NCBI GenBank assembly: GCA_036559585.1
Contig: DATBSU010000029.1
Span: 239-64,238 of the forward strand
Reading direction: 5' to 3'
From: Methyloceanibacter sp.
GTDB taxonomy: Bacteria; Pseudomonadota; Alphaproteobacteria; Rhizobiales; Methyloligellaceae
Length of the DNA: 64,000 bases
The notes beneath the pieces are model-generated. The model was not told where the DNA came from. It ran no database searches and saw nothing but the letters and a program-made list of their open reading frames with translations. The number at the start of each line of letters is the position of its first letter. Within the stretch, counting starts at the first letter, position 1. A program made the translations under genes and the position numbers. Of the stretch, positions 12,555 to 22,930 are shown piece after piece.

Positions 12555-13049
12555 CTATCTGCGCCGCCGCCGTCGTGCCGCCTTCCGCGTCGGCTTGGCC
12601 GCGCGGGAAGGTGCCGACGATTTGGCCGGCATCGCGCTGCAATATTTCTTGCACTCGTCTTCGTAACCCATCGCCGAGAGAATACCGCCAAGGACGATGA
12701 GCGCGATGGTGCCGAGGATGGGCCCGGCATGACTTTCCATCATGCGATCGCCAAGCCCCTGAACCTTTCCTGGGAGCAAGAGCCTGAGGACACCGACAAT
12801 GATGGCCAGCCAGCCGAGCAAGGTGATGATCACCCGCCAATCCCCGATCCAGAGATTATGGGTATTGATGATGGCGATGCCCGCCACCAGCATCAGGATG
12901 CCGACCAGCCAGATGATGGCGAGGTTCCCCATGAAGTCTCTCATGACGCCGTTAAAGATGTCGGGGCTCAGCCAAAGCCCGAGCGCCATGCCTAACCCCA
13001 TGACGAGCAAGACCGGCCCCATCAGCCGCGCTATCAATTTCGAATGCAT
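12555..13049 (-). CDS. Hypothetical 4-TM membrane protein with basic tail
   Basis: GGGAGG upstream of MHSKLIARLMGP; four hydrophobic segments; HNLW..DWRVIITLLGW motif. Confidence 0.75.
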   Translation of the reverse strand: MHSKLIARLMGPVLLVMGLGMALGLWLSPDIFNGVMRDFMGNLAIIWLVGILMLVAGIAIINTHNLWIGDWRVIITLLGWLAIIVGVLRLLLPGKVQGLGDRMMESHAGPILGTIALIVLGGILSAMGYEDECKKYCSAMPAKSSAPSRAAKPTRKAARRRRRR

Positions 13050-13484
13050 TTCTTTCGCCCTCCCGGTTTGAAAGTCGTAACGCCGATGAACAGCAGCAAA
13101 CGTGCAGCAGGGACTGGGAACTTCTGCAGTTCCCAACGCCGTACCGACTGGATCAACTTTTCACTGAAACTTGGGGCGCGAATCGACGTGGCCGTTAAGG
13201 ACTCGGGCGCCCACTGAAATATGACTAATTGTGATTCTAATCATAACATAACGCAAGTGGCTCTAAAGCAACAACTTGCGCCCTTAAGGCCCGGCAAAGT
13301 CGTCCCTATTCGTGAACTTGCGGCAAACTGGCGCTCCACATGGCAAATAACGAGAATGTTGCGGCGAGCCTCTATCCGGTTTAATCCTCGGCCATTATTC
13401 CGCCGTGCTTCGCCGCGAATTGCGTTCTAGAGAACAGCCACGGCAGCCACGCCATTCCCTGCTGCAACCTGGATAGGATGTAAG

Positions 13485-14531
13485 GTGAACCAAGACGCCT
13501 CGACGGACTCTCGCACCAGACCTGGCAATTTGTTCGCCACCTTGCGCTGGGTCGCGCTTCTGCTAGTCATTCTCGGCTCGATTGGCTTCGCCGTCGTTTA
13601 CTGGCGCCATAGCGAGCTCTACCCCTCGACCGACAACGCCTATGTCGGGTCCGATATCGTTCGGGTAGCAAGCGAAGTCTCCGGCCCCGTGATCAGGGTT
13701 TACGTCACCACCGACGACGCCGTGCAGACCGACGACCCGCTGTTCGACATTGACCCCACTCTCTACGATGCCGGTCTGCGCAATGCCCGCGCTCAGTTCG
13801 ACTCCGCGGTCGCTGCCGCAGGCACCGCCGCCGACAATCTGAAGCAAGCCGCCAACACGCTCGAAGATAAGCGCAAAGCCCTCGAAGACGCGTTGAAGAC
13901 CTACCAAGAGACCAAGGGTGCGCAAGGCGATAGCACCTCGCCTTCCTCAGGCATGAGCAGTGCGGTCTCCGGATGGCATGACGCGCTCAAAGCTTACAGG
14001 GACGCCGAGAGCGATTTCGAGGCCGCTCAAGACAAGCAGCTGACCGTGACCACGCCGACCGTGCAGCTGCGTTCGGCCGCTGCCGGCCTGACCAAATCCA
14101 CCCATGACCGGGTCAAGACTCACGTCATCGCGCCGACCGACGGCATCGTATCGAATGTCAGCTTGCGCCCGGGCGCCACCATCCAGGCTGGAACCCCGCT
14201 GTTCGCCGTCATCGGATCTAACGAATGGTGGGTGAACGCAAATTTCAAGGAAACCGATCTCGCCCGCATCCGGCTCGGGCAGCCTGCGACGGTGCGCCTC
14301 GACATGTATCCGAGCGCCACATTTGACGGCGTGGTGGAGAGCATCAGCGCCGGCTCCGGCGCCACTTTCTCGGTGCTGCCGCCAGAGAACGCCACCGGCA
14401 ACTGGGTGAAGGTCACGCAGCGTTTCCCGGTGCGGATCAGGATCACCAATCCTCCGCACGATCCTGCGGAACCCCTTCGCGTGGGCGCTAGCGCCACAGT
14501 CACGGTAGACACGACCCAGGAAAGCAAATGA
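13485..14531 (+). CDS. emrA: EmrA/HlyD-family membrane fusion protein
   Basis: STDNAYV, ANFKETDL, FSVLPPENATGNWVKVTQRFPVRI. Confidence 0.9.
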   Translation: MNQDASTDSRTRPGNLFATLRWVALLLVILGSIGFAVVYWRHSELYPSTDNAYVGSDIVRVASEVSGPVIRVYVTTDDAVQTDDPLFDIDPTLYDAGLRNARAQFDSAVAAAGTAADNLKQAANTLEDKRKALEDALKTYQETKGAQGDSTSPSSGMSSAVSGWHDALKAYRDAESDFEAAQDKQLTVTTPTVQLRSAAAGLTKSTHDRVKTHVIAPTDGIVSNVSLRPGATIQAGTPLFAVIGSNEWWVNANFKETDLARIRLGQPATVRLDMYPSATFDGVVESISAGSGATFSVLPPENATGNWVKVTQRFPVRIRITNPPHDPAEPLRVGASATVTVDTTQESK

Positions 14532-16123
14532 GCCGGCGCAATCTCGGCGGCGCCAAGTCGCGTCCACCGAAACCCCCGCTTCGCTCCGCACCGCCTCCCC
14601 CACCCCCGCCGCCTGAAAAGCGGCCATCGGTGGCGCTGGTCGTGGCGGTGGTGCTGACTGCCTTTCTCGAGGTGCTCGACATCACCATCGTCAGCGTCGC
14701 CATCCCGCATATGCTGGGCTCGTTTGGCGCGACCTCCGATCAGATCACCTGGGTGCTGACCTCTTACCTCGTCTCCGCCGCCATTGTGATGCCACTCACC
14801 GGCTATCTCTCCGCGCGCCTCGGACGTAGGCGCCTCCTCATCTTCTCGATCCTAGGCTTTGTCATTTCCTCGGCGCTGTGCGGTCTCGCCTGGAGCCTCG
14901 AGGCCATGGTCATCTTCCGGCTGGCGCAAGGACTGATGGGCGCGCCGCTGGTGCCTTTGAGCCAGGCCATCCTGCTCGACGCCTTCCCGCGCGCGAAGGC
15001 CGGCCAGGCGCTCGCCATTTTCGGCCTCGGCATAATGGTGGCGCCGGTGCTCGGGCCAACCTTCGGTGGTTGGCTGACCGAAACCTTCGTCTGGCGTGCG
15101 GTGTTCTATATCAACGTGCCCATCGGCCTGTTCGCCCTTCTCCTCGCGATGGGCCACCTGCCGCAAACCGCAATTCGCTTCATGAAGACCGACTGGATCG
15201 GCCTCATTCTATTGGTCCTGGCTGTGGGCTCGCTGCAATTCGTACTCGATCAGGGCCAGACCCGTGACTGGTTCAACTCCCGCCTGATCCAGGTCTTCAC
15301 CGCCGTCACCATCTTCGCCAGCGTGGCCTTCCTGATGCACGCCTGGAACCGGCCAGGCGCCATTGTCGATCTTTCTCTGCTCAAGAACCGCAACTTCCTG
15401 GCGGGACTCATTGCCATCACTGCCTACGGCATCACGCTGTTCGGCACCGTCGCGCTGTTGCCACTGCTAACCCAACGTCTCATGGGCTATCCGCCGATGA
15501 ACGCCGGTATGCTGTTCGTCCCGCGCGCCATCGCATCCGCCATCACCCTCGCCATCACAGGGCAATTTCTCATTCGCTACATCGACCAGCGCCTGCTCGT
15601 GGCTGCCGGCCTCATCCTATCGGCGGTGGGCACCATCCAGATGGCAGGCCTCTCGCTACAGGCCGATGCCTGGGCCATAGCCTCGCCCGGGATCATCGCG
15701 GGCATTGGCATGGGCCTGTTCTTCGTACCGCTGACCGCCATTGCCTTCGGCAGTATCTCCGACAGCAAACTCGACGAGGCCGCCGGTCTCTACGCATTGA
15801 TGCGGGGAATCGGATCTTCGGTCGGCATCGCCGTGGTGAGCTGGCTCTTTGTCCGCCAAGGCCAGGTGCATTGGGATGGCCTGATCGCCCATATCAGCCC
15901 ATTCAATCCGGCGCTGCCGCCCTACATCGCGGCGCAAGGACTGAACCCGCAATCGCCAGTAACCGTCGTTGCGATGGCGCAGGAGATCGGGCGGCAAGCG
16001 CAGATGCTCGCCTTCGTCGATCTGTTCTGGTTCATCGGATTGGTAACGCTCGCCATCTTGCCGCTGGTGCTGCTGATGCAGCGGCCAAAGACCACGGCGC
16101 TGCTGATCCCGGCCCACGCGTAA
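14528..16123 (+). CDS. emrB: DHA2 (EmrB/QacA) MFS efflux transporter
   Basis: LDITIVSVAIP, WVLTSYL, GPTFGGWLT, WRAVFYINVPIG; ATGA overlap with emrA. Confidence 0.92.
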   Translation: MSRRNLGGAKSRPPKPPLRSAPPPPPPPPEKRPSVALVVAVVLTAFLEVLDITIVSVAIPHMLGSFGATSDQITWVLTSYLVSAAIVMPLTGYLSARLGRRRLLIFSILGFVISSALCGLAWSLEAMVIFRLAQGLMGAPLVPLSQAILLDAFPRAKAGQALAIFGLGIMVAPVLGPTFGGWLTETFVWRAVFYINVPIGLFALLLAMGHLPQTAIRFMKTDWIGLILLVLAVGSLQFVLDQGQTRDWFNSRLIQVFTAVTIFASVAFLMHAWNRPGAIVDLSLLKNRNFLAGLIAITAYGITLFGTVALLPLLTQRLMGYPPMNAGMLFVPRAIASAITLAITGQFLIRYIDQRLLVAAGLILSAVGTIQMAGLSLQADAWAIASPGIIAGIGMGLFFVPLTAIAFGSISDSKLDEAAGLYALMRGIGSSVGIAVVSWLFVRQGQVHWDGLIAHISPFNPALPPYIAAQGLNPQSPVTVVAMAQEIGRQAQMLAFVDLFWFIGLVTLAILPLVLLMQRPKTTALLIPAHA

Positions 16124-16190
16124 GTCTGCGCGCGGCACAACATCTCCGGGATGCGACCCCGCCCCGGAGGATGAGATCAATCTCTAAAGT

Positions 16191-16559
16191 CTAGTAGCAG
16201 ACCTTGGCGCCCGACGTGCAGACATAGGGCGAGATCACGCCGGTCCAGCAGATCGTGTAGGAATTCGATTTCACGATAGGGGGCCCGCGGAACAGGTCGG
16301 CAGAGACGCTGTCACGCCAATAAGGCTGCGGCTTGGCTTTCATGCCACTCACCGTGATCGCGCTCAGTTTCTTCTCGGCCTTGAAGCCTGCGACGGCATC
16401 GGCAAGCGCGAGTTGTGCGCGCGAGATCGCTGTCTCCCTATCGAACCCGTCGGCAGTTCCCGAGAACCCCGTACACGCGGCCGAAGCTGGCGACCCTTGC
16501 GCCATGCCAATCACCGCCGCAATCAAAGCAACAACCGCGAACCGCCACAGCGACCTCAT
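16191..16559 (-). CDS. Secreted hypothetical protein (4 Cys)
   Basis: GGGAGG RBS; signal peptide; CWTGVISPYVCTSGAKVC C-terminus. Confidence 0.75.
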   Translation of the reverse strand: MRSLWRFAVVALIAAVIGMAQGSPASAACTGFSGTADGFDRETAISRAQLALADAVAGFKAEKKLSAITVSGMKAKPQPYWRDSVSADLFRGPPIVKSNSYTICWTGVISPYVCTSGAKVCY

Positions 16560-16733
16560 GAAACGCCTCCCTCAAACAACCGAATGATGCGCTAGGATAG
16601 TCCGGCCCGAAGCTGCATGGCAGTGCCTTTACGGCCGCAGCTAGAGGTTGATGCTTGGCTGTAGCTGGAAAGACACAGTGCTTGCTCCAATTCGAAACGT
16701 TTGAGCGCGCCGGGGGCACGTGGAGGAAATCCA

Positions 16734-17522
16734 ATGGCGTCCAGTCTTGTGGTGATTACCGGGGCGTCGAGCGGAATCGGCGAGGCAACTGCCAAGCTCT
16801 ACGCAAGTCAGGGCGCCAAGGTCGTCTTGCTGGCACGGAGCAAGGACCGTCTGGACCTTGTAGCTGGCGAGATCAGGCAGGCAGGCGGCATGGCGAGCCC
16901 TTACCCGATCGACCTCGCCGACTCCGATGCCGTAAGCGAGCTTGGCCAACGCATCGGCCGGGAGCTCGGAACGCCTGATATTCTGATCAATAATGCCGGG
17001 GCGGGACGCTGGCTGCCCTTCCTCGAGACGAGCCCCGAAGATGCCCGCGCCATGATCGCGCTGCCTTATCTTGCCGCTTTCTATATGACGCGGGCGTTGC
17101 TGCCAGCCATGCTCGCCCGGGGAAGCGGCAGCATCGCCTGCATCGCCTCTCCCGCCTCCTATCTCGTCTGGCCGAATGCTTCAGCCTATACCGCCGCGCG
17201 CCGCGCGCTTTCCGGCTTCACCGAGGCGCTGCGCATCGAACTGCGTGGCAAGGGGATCGCCATCACCCTTGTCGTTCTTGGCATGGTCGAGAGCTCCTAT
17301 TGGCAGCACAATCCAGGAAGCCGCGAGAACGTGCCCAAGGCCACCAAAATGCTGCCCGTGCTGTCACCAGAGGAGGCGGCCGAGGCAATCTATTCTGGTG
17401 TCTCCAGAGGATCGCGGACCGTCATCAAGCCTTTCCTGCTCCGCCCGCTTTTCCTCCTCAATGCGTTCATGCCAAGACTCGTCGAGGCGCAGATGCGGCG
17501 TATGTCGAAACCGAGGGCGTGA
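16734..17522 (+). CDS. SDR family oxidoreductase
   Basis: TGASSGIG, INNAG, YxxxR (YTAAR) variant of YxxxK; GGAGG RBS. Confidence 0.9.
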   Translation: MASSLVVITGASSGIGEATAKLYASQGAKVVLLARSKDRLDLVAGEIRQAGGMASPYPIDLADSDAVSELGQRIGRELGTPDILINNAGAGRWLPFLETSPEDARAMIALPYLAAFYMTRALLPAMLARGSGSIACIASPASYLVWPNASAYTAARRALSGFTEALRIELRGKGIAITLVVLGMVESSYWQHNPGSRENVPKATKMLPVLSPEEAAEAIYSGVSRGSRTVIKPFLLRPLFLLNAFMPRLVEAQMRRMSKPRA

Positions 17523-17541
17523 CGGCACAAGGAGGAAACCA

Positions 17542-18321
17542 ATGAGCGACTGGTTGCTGAATCTGCCTGTGTTTTGGATGGCGCTTCTCGTCTTCATCGG
17601 CACGTATCTGTTCGCCGCTGCCATCCTTTTCGTGGTCACGCGCTTGGCGGTAAATGATCGCGCCACAGCCTTCAAAGCCCTGTCGCCGGGCATGCTGCCG
17701 CCGCTCGGCATCCTCTTCGCCCTCCTCATCGGCTTTACCGCCGCTCAAGTGTGGAGCGATTTCGATAAGGCAAAATTGTCGGTTGCCACTGAGGCCAGCG
17801 CGCTTCGTGCGGTCGTGCTGTTGTCTCAGAACCTTCCACCTGAGCAAGACGCAAGACTTCGCGCCCTTGTCAGCCAGCATATCGATGTCGCCGTCAATCA
17901 AGAATGGCCGTCAATGGCGCACCAGCGCGCCGATTTCACCGCCCTCCCCTCCCATTTGATCGATGCGCTGAAGACGACGATCGCCGTGACAGCGGCCGAC
18001 GACGGGCAAAAGATGGCTCAGCAGGAAATTTTAAGGGCGCTGCAGACTGCGCTCGATGCAAGGCGCCAACGCATCATCGTCAGTCAATCGGCGGTCAGCT
18101 CGGTGAAGTGGGCGGGGCTATTGCTACAAGCGCTGTGCACGCTGATCGCTATCGCCATGGTGCACAGCGACAATCGGTTGACGGCCGCGATCGCGCTCGG
18201 GCTGTTTTCGACCGGCGTTGCCGTGGCGATCTTGCTGATCGCGAGCTACAGCCGACCCTTCACCGGGGAAGTCTCAGTCGGGCCTGAGCTCTTGAAGCAA
18301 GTCATGACAACCGGCAACTAG
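17542..18321 (+). CDS. DUF4239-like membrane protein
   Basis: AAGGAGG RBS; GILFALLIGF...VWSDF..A..EASALR, ARRQR, PFTGEVSV pattern. Confidence 0.75.
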   Translation: MSDWLLNLPVFWMALLVFIGTYLFAAAILFVVTRLAVNDRATAFKALSPGMLPPLGILFALLIGFTAAQVWSDFDKAKLSVATEASALRAVVLLSQNLPPEQDARLRALVSQHIDVAVNQEWPSMAHQRADFTALPSHLIDALKTTIAVTAADDGQKMAQQEILRALQTALDARRQRIIVSQSAVSSVKWAGLLLQALCTLIAIAMVHSDNRLTAAIALGLFSTGVAVAILLIASYSRPFTGEVSVGPELLKQVMTTGN

Positions 18322-19911
18322 GCAATCCGGCTCGTTGGACAGAACGAGAAAGACACTTCCGGCGATAACGATGAGGCAGAGGAAGACCTGCCAGAAGAGC
18401 GGCCTGGCGCGGAGCGTGCCGCCCGTCGAGGATAGTTCCTTCAACACCAGATAGCCGCCCATACCGCGCTTGAACCAGCCGGTGACGTTTCCGGGCTGGT
18501 CGAAATGTTTGGGCACCCGCTTCCAGCCGGCGAAGAGATCGCCGATAAATCCGAGCATGGAGCGGAAGTCGACCGCCATCAGCCCGGTCTTGTCTTGATA
18601 GATCATGTCTTCCCCGGCGATGAAGCCGGCGTTGACCCGGCCGATGGCCTTGCCTTCGAGCCTCACGCTCTTTGCCCGCACCGGCGACGCGGCAGGATCG
18701 CTCATCAAGGCCATCACCGTGGTATTGGCCGGCGCGCGGAACGGATAGCGCAATGGCAGCGTGGCCAGCACGCCGAGCGCCCCCGCCGCGAGCGCCAATG
18801 GCCACACCCCGGAAGTCAGGGCAATGAAGACGGCGATGACGGGCACGGCGAGCAACAGAAGCTCGAACAGGAATTTGCCCCAGAGCTTGCCTCGACTGAG
18901 CTTGACCCGCGCCGCCGCGGCTTCGACGTCATAACCGCTGAAGTCCTGGCCCTGTTCCTTGGCCAGCCGCCCGAGATGGGCGATGCGCCGGCCAGTCAAA
19001 GGATGGGTTGAGTTGAGCTGGATCAGAGGCGCCCAAGGGTTATAGGCATCGAACAGCATGGCCTCACCGACCGAGCCGCCACTTTCTTTCGCGCTCTCGC
19101 CAATCAGGGCCGCGCTTTTCGCATTGTTGACATCGATCACGCCGAGATGGCGCGAGCTGCGGAGCAGGCTTTGCGTGGCCTCGGTGTCTTCGATCGTGAC
19201 GATGCCATAGGCGATCTTCACCAGGGCGCTCGCCAGATGCTTCGGCTCGACTCTGCCCGCCGAGAAACCGTCAGCGAGATATTCGCGCGTGCGGCTGAGA
19301 AACAACAGAAGATAGAGGCCAATATAGTAGCAGATCAGCGCCGCGAGCCCGATCATTGCCGCGCCACCCTTCTTGTCGTTCTTGGCGCGCGACATTGCCG
19401 TATAGACTTGATAGAGGATCTGCACCAACATTCCCGCCATCGTCATTAAAATGAAATCGCGATTGACGATGTGGCCGAGCTCGTGGCCGACAACCGCGCG
19501 CTGCTCATCCTCATTGAGAAATTCGAAAATGCCTTGCGTCACCACGATGCGGGCGTTGGAGCGGAGCAGTCCATAGGTGAAGGCCGTTGGGTTGCGATCC
19601 GGAATGAAACCGATGCGCGGCGCCTTGAAGCGATATTCGTCGGCGACCTGGTGGATCAGCTGGTGCACGCTCGCGTAGCGCTGCTTCACGGTGGCGTCGT
19701 CGAGAAATTCGAGCTTGTTGAACCAACGAAGTGTGAGGTCGGAGAGCCACGGACTGATCAGCCAGATGATGAGATTAATGGCGATGGTAAGCCCGATGGC
19801 CAGCCCAAGATTGACCTCCCCCATCGACACCATGGCGGCCAGCACGACGCCGATACCCATGGAGATGAGGAGCCCAAACGTGAGCAGCGAGGCGAAGACG
19901 AGTCGGATCAC
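18274..19911 (-). CDS. M48 family (HtpX-like) zinc metalloprotease with C-terminal extension
   Basis: PTAFTYG, HELGH, SRTREYLAD, STHP..RI motifs; extra TMs and domain. Confidence 0.88.
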   Translation of the reverse strand: MIRLVFASLLTFGLLISMGIGVVLAAMVSMGEVNLGLAIGLTIAINLIIWLISPWLSDLTLRWFNKLEFLDDATVKQRYASVHQLIHQVADEYRFKAPRIGFIPDRNPTAFTYGLLRSNARIVVTQGIFEFLNEDEQRAVVGHELGHIVNRDFILMTMAGMLVQILYQVYTAMSRAKNDKKGGAAMIGLAALICYYIGLYLLLFLSRTREYLADGFSAGRVEPKHLASALVKIAYGIVTIEDTEATQSLLRSSRHLGVIDVNNAKSAALIGESAKESGGSVGEAMLFDAYNPWAPLIQLNSTHPLTGRRIAHLGRLAKEQGQDFSGYDVEAAAARVKLSRGKLWGKFLFELLLLAVPVIAVFIALTSGVWPLALAAGALGVLATLPLRYPFRAPANTTVMALMSDPAASPVRAKSVRLEGKAIGRVNAGFIAGEDMIYQDKTGLMAVDFRSMLGFIGDLFAGWKRVPKHFDQPGNVTGWFKRGMGGYLVLKELSSTGGTLRARPLFWQVFLCLIVIAGSVFLVLSNEPDCLVAGCHDLLQELRPD

Positions 19912-19973
19912 GGGCGAATACCCCCAGAGCAGCGCTAGACGACCCGACTCTATATCAGGAGGCGAGCTTAAGC

Positions 19974-21323
19974 TCAGGCGGCTTTTTTCTCTGGCACGCT
20001 GTCCGGCTCCGGCCGCGGTATCGGCTCGATCTTGCCCAAACCGAATTTCCGCAGCATGCGCTTCATGTAGCGGCGGAAATAAAGGTGATGAATTTCAAAG
20101 CGGTGCCAGGCCGTCTCCTGCCACTCGATGCCATGGCCGATATCCGGCGTTGCGGTCGCTTTCAGGCGGCGGAACCAGTCTGCGCGTTTGGGATCCTTGT
20201 CGCACGCCGAGATAAAGGCTGCGATCAGCTTCGCCTGGTAGTCGGCGAGCTGCCACACGCCCCCCTCCGCCGGCTCGAACAGGCCGACGACAAACAGATC
20301 GTCGGTCTCCCGGTCGAAGGTATGGATGAACAGCTTCGACGCGCCGGTTTCATCCAGAATGTACGACCGGTCCATGAACGGAAAACTGATGTCGTAGCCG
20401 GTGGCGTAGACGATGAGATCGATCTCTTCGGAGGTATCGTCGACGAAATAAACACGCTTGCCGTCAAGCCGTTCGATTCCCGGCTTGGTCACGACACGTC
20501 CATGAATGATGTGGTCAAGATAGGTGTTGCACGCCGTCGGATGGGCCTCGAATAATTTGTGGTCGGGCGCCGGCAATCCATATTTGTAATGCGAGCCGAT
20601 CAACACCCGCATCCCAATGTTGAACAGGCGATAGCGCCAGCGGCGCGGGAATGGCGGCCGGCTCAAACGGTCGATGACGAGATCGGTCGGCTTGCCCCAA
20701 AGCGTCTTCGGGAAGAAATAATAAGAGCGCCGCATCGAGTGCACCGCACGCTCCCCATCGAGCGCCGCGTCGGACAGAATATCGACCGCCGAATTGCCAG
20801 CGCCGACCACGAGCACGCGCTTGCCCTTGATCTGATCCTTGGACTTCACGTCGTGCGAATGCAGGATCTCGCCGTCGAACTTGCCCGGATCGGTCGGCAT
20901 CTTCGCATGCCAATGATGCCCGTTGGCGACGACCAGCCCGTCATAGACGCGCGGCTTCTTTTCGCCCTCGATCTCGATCTCCCAGCGTCCGTTGACGCGT
21001 TTCGCGCAACTGACCTTCTTGTTGAAGCTTATTTTGTCGTAGAGCCCGAACTTGCGCGCGTAAGAGCGGAGATAATCTTCCGCTTGGCTGCAAGAGAGGT
21101 AATAAGGCAGCCCTTCGGGAAACCACAAATCGATATAGCGCGTGAGTTTTTCCGAGGAGTTCAAATGGGTCGAGCCATAGACCGCGTGCGGGCTCTCCGG
21201 ATTCCAGATGCCGCCGACATCCGGCAGCGCCTCGAAACAATCGAACGCAATGCCGTTATCGTCGAAGGCCTTCACCACGGGAAGCCCTGAGGCGCCGGCG
21301 CCAATGATGCAATATCGTTTCAC
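19974..21323 (-). CDS. Flavin-containing monooxygenase (class B)
   Basis: GAGASG, GGIW, FDGEILHSHDVK (FxGxxxHxxx variant), GAGNSA, ATGY. Confidence 0.9.
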   Translation of the reverse strand: MKRYCIIGAGASGLPVVKAFDDNGIAFDCFEALPDVGGIWNPESPHAVYGSTHLNSSEKLTRYIDLWFPEGLPYYLSCSQAEDYLRSYARKFGLYDKISFNKKVSCAKRVNGRWEIEIEGEKKPRVYDGLVVANGHHWHAKMPTDPGKFDGEILHSHDVKSKDQIKGKRVLVVGAGNSAVDILSDAALDGERAVHSMRRSYYFFPKTLWGKPTDLVIDRLSRPPFPRRWRYRLFNIGMRVLIGSHYKYGLPAPDHKLFEAHPTACNTYLDHIIHGRVVTKPGIERLDGKRVYFVDDTSEEIDLIVYATGYDISFPFMDRSYILDETGASKLFIHTFDRETDDLFVVGLFEPAEGGVWQLADYQAKLIAAFISACDKDPKRADWFRRLKATATPDIGHGIEWQETAWHRFEIHHLYFRRYMKRMLRKFGLGKIEPIPRPEPDSVPEKKAA

Positions 21324-21565
21324 GTCCGCCCCATGTTAACGACTGCCGCCAAGTCTCGACTCCAGCCTCAAGGGAATAGCACAGAAGCTTAAACGCGGAC
21401 CAAATGTCAAAACTGCCCGGCAACCCGCTCCTCGGCCCGGAATGCGGCAAAATTTCGGAAACTCATTGATCCCGATCAAACCGCTGCGACAATCGGGCTC
21501 CCGCCATGCAAGCCTGTATTCCGCCACCATTTGCATTATGGTCGGCCCTGCGTCAGGGGGTAGGC

Positions 21566-22930
21566 ATGGACACCAAGCAAGACATTGCCATCAAGAGCTG
21601 GGACCAGACCTGGACCTACCATCCACGCGTCTTGGCGACGCCGACTTCCGTCGACGACATCGTCGAGATCATGAAGGACAAATCCCGGTATCCCTCGCCG
21701 GTGCGGCCCGCCGGCTCGATGCACTCGACCGCGCGGATGAACGGCGACGACCAAGGCGGTACCATGGTCGACATGAAGGCCATGAACCACATCCTCTATT
21801 TTGACGAGGACTCGGTCACGGTCGAAGCCGGAGTCTCGCATCAGCAACTCGCCAACGCGCTGAAAGAGCGGGGCTTGCAGCCTTACATCACCACCGAGAT
21901 CGGCAATGTGACGCTGGCCGCCATGGCGACAGCGGCGACCAAGGACTCATCCTTTCCCGGCGGCTTCGGCCAGATCAGCTCCTATGTGACCAGCATGAAA
22001 CTAGTGACGCCGCAAGGCGAGATCCGCGAGATTACCGCACGCGAGCATCCCGAAGTGATGCGGGTGATCCGCTCGTCCTATGGTCTGTTCGGCATAGTCT
22101 ACGAGGTGACGATCAAGGTGAGACCGACCACGGCGCTCGCCGTCCGTCACGTCTCGCTCAGTCTGAAAGAGTTCCGCGACAACTTCCCGCGCTACAAGGC
22201 GGAAGGCTACGCGGTGATGTATTACATCTTCCCCTATGCGCGACGCATCGTCGTTGAACTGCGCAAGGACAATCCGAATGCCAAGCCCACATCGCGGCAT
22301 CGCTGGTCCTACCGCAATCGCTTTTGGCGGAAATACGGGCCTGCGCTAAACCACTGGATCCGGCGCAAGACCACTAACGAGAAATATCGCGTCGCCGCCA
22401 CCGATCTGCTGATGTTCTTGCTGCGCCAAGGTCTCGTCTATGTTGTGCGCTCCGACCGCACCTGGCCGCACGCCCAGATCATCAACTATCCGCGCGAGCC
22501 CGGACAGAACAAATACATCTTCAGCATGTGGGCGTTCTACGAGCCCGGCTTTTTCGACACGCTCGACGCCTATTGCGATTTCTGCGCCGCCTATGCCGCC
22601 AAGACCAGCTTCCGCTGCGACCTGCCGAGCGTCGGCTATGCCATCGCGCAAGACCGCGAGGCGCTACTCTCATATTGCTGGGACGGCCCTACCCTCTCGA
22701 TCGACCCGTCGTCGACCGGCGGCAAGGAATGGGAGAAATTTCTGCTCGCCTATAACGAGTTCTGTAGCGCGCATGGCGGCACGCCTTTGTTCAACCAAAC
22801 GCCGTTCCTGACCAAGCTGCAAGTGGCGAAGGCCTTCGGCCAGCGCCTGCAACTCTTCGCCGACGCCCGCCGTAGAGCCGACCCGGGCGACCGCCTGCTC
22901 GACAATTATTTCAGGGAGTTACTGCCCTAG
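21566..22930 (+). CDS. FAD-linked oxidase (VAO/aldonolactone oxidase family)
   Basis: RPAGSMHS flavinylation-type motif, VTVEAGV, SYGLFGIVYEVT, C-terminal DPGDRLLDNY. Confidence 0.85.
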   Translation: MDTKQDIAIKSWDQTWTYHPRVLATPTSVDDIVEIMKDKSRYPSPVRPAGSMHSTARMNGDDQGGTMVDMKAMNHILYFDEDSVTVEAGVSHQQLANALKERGLQPYITTEIGNVTLAAMATAATKDSSFPGGFGQISSYVTSMKLVTPQGEIREITAREHPEVMRVIRSSYGLFGIVYEVTIKVRPTTALAVRHVSLSLKEFRDNFPRYKAEGYAVMYYIFPYARRIVVELRKDNPNAKPTSRHRWSYRNRFWRKYGPALNHWIRRKTTNEKYRVAATDLLMFLLRQGLVYVVRSDRTWPHAQIINYPREPGQNKYIFSMWAFYEPGFFDTLDAYCDFCAAYAAKTSFRCDLPSVGYAIAQDREALLSYCWDGPTLSIDPSSTGGKEWEKFLLAYNEFCSAHGGTPLFNQTPFLTKLQVAKAFGQRLQLFADARRRADPGDRLLDNYFRELLP

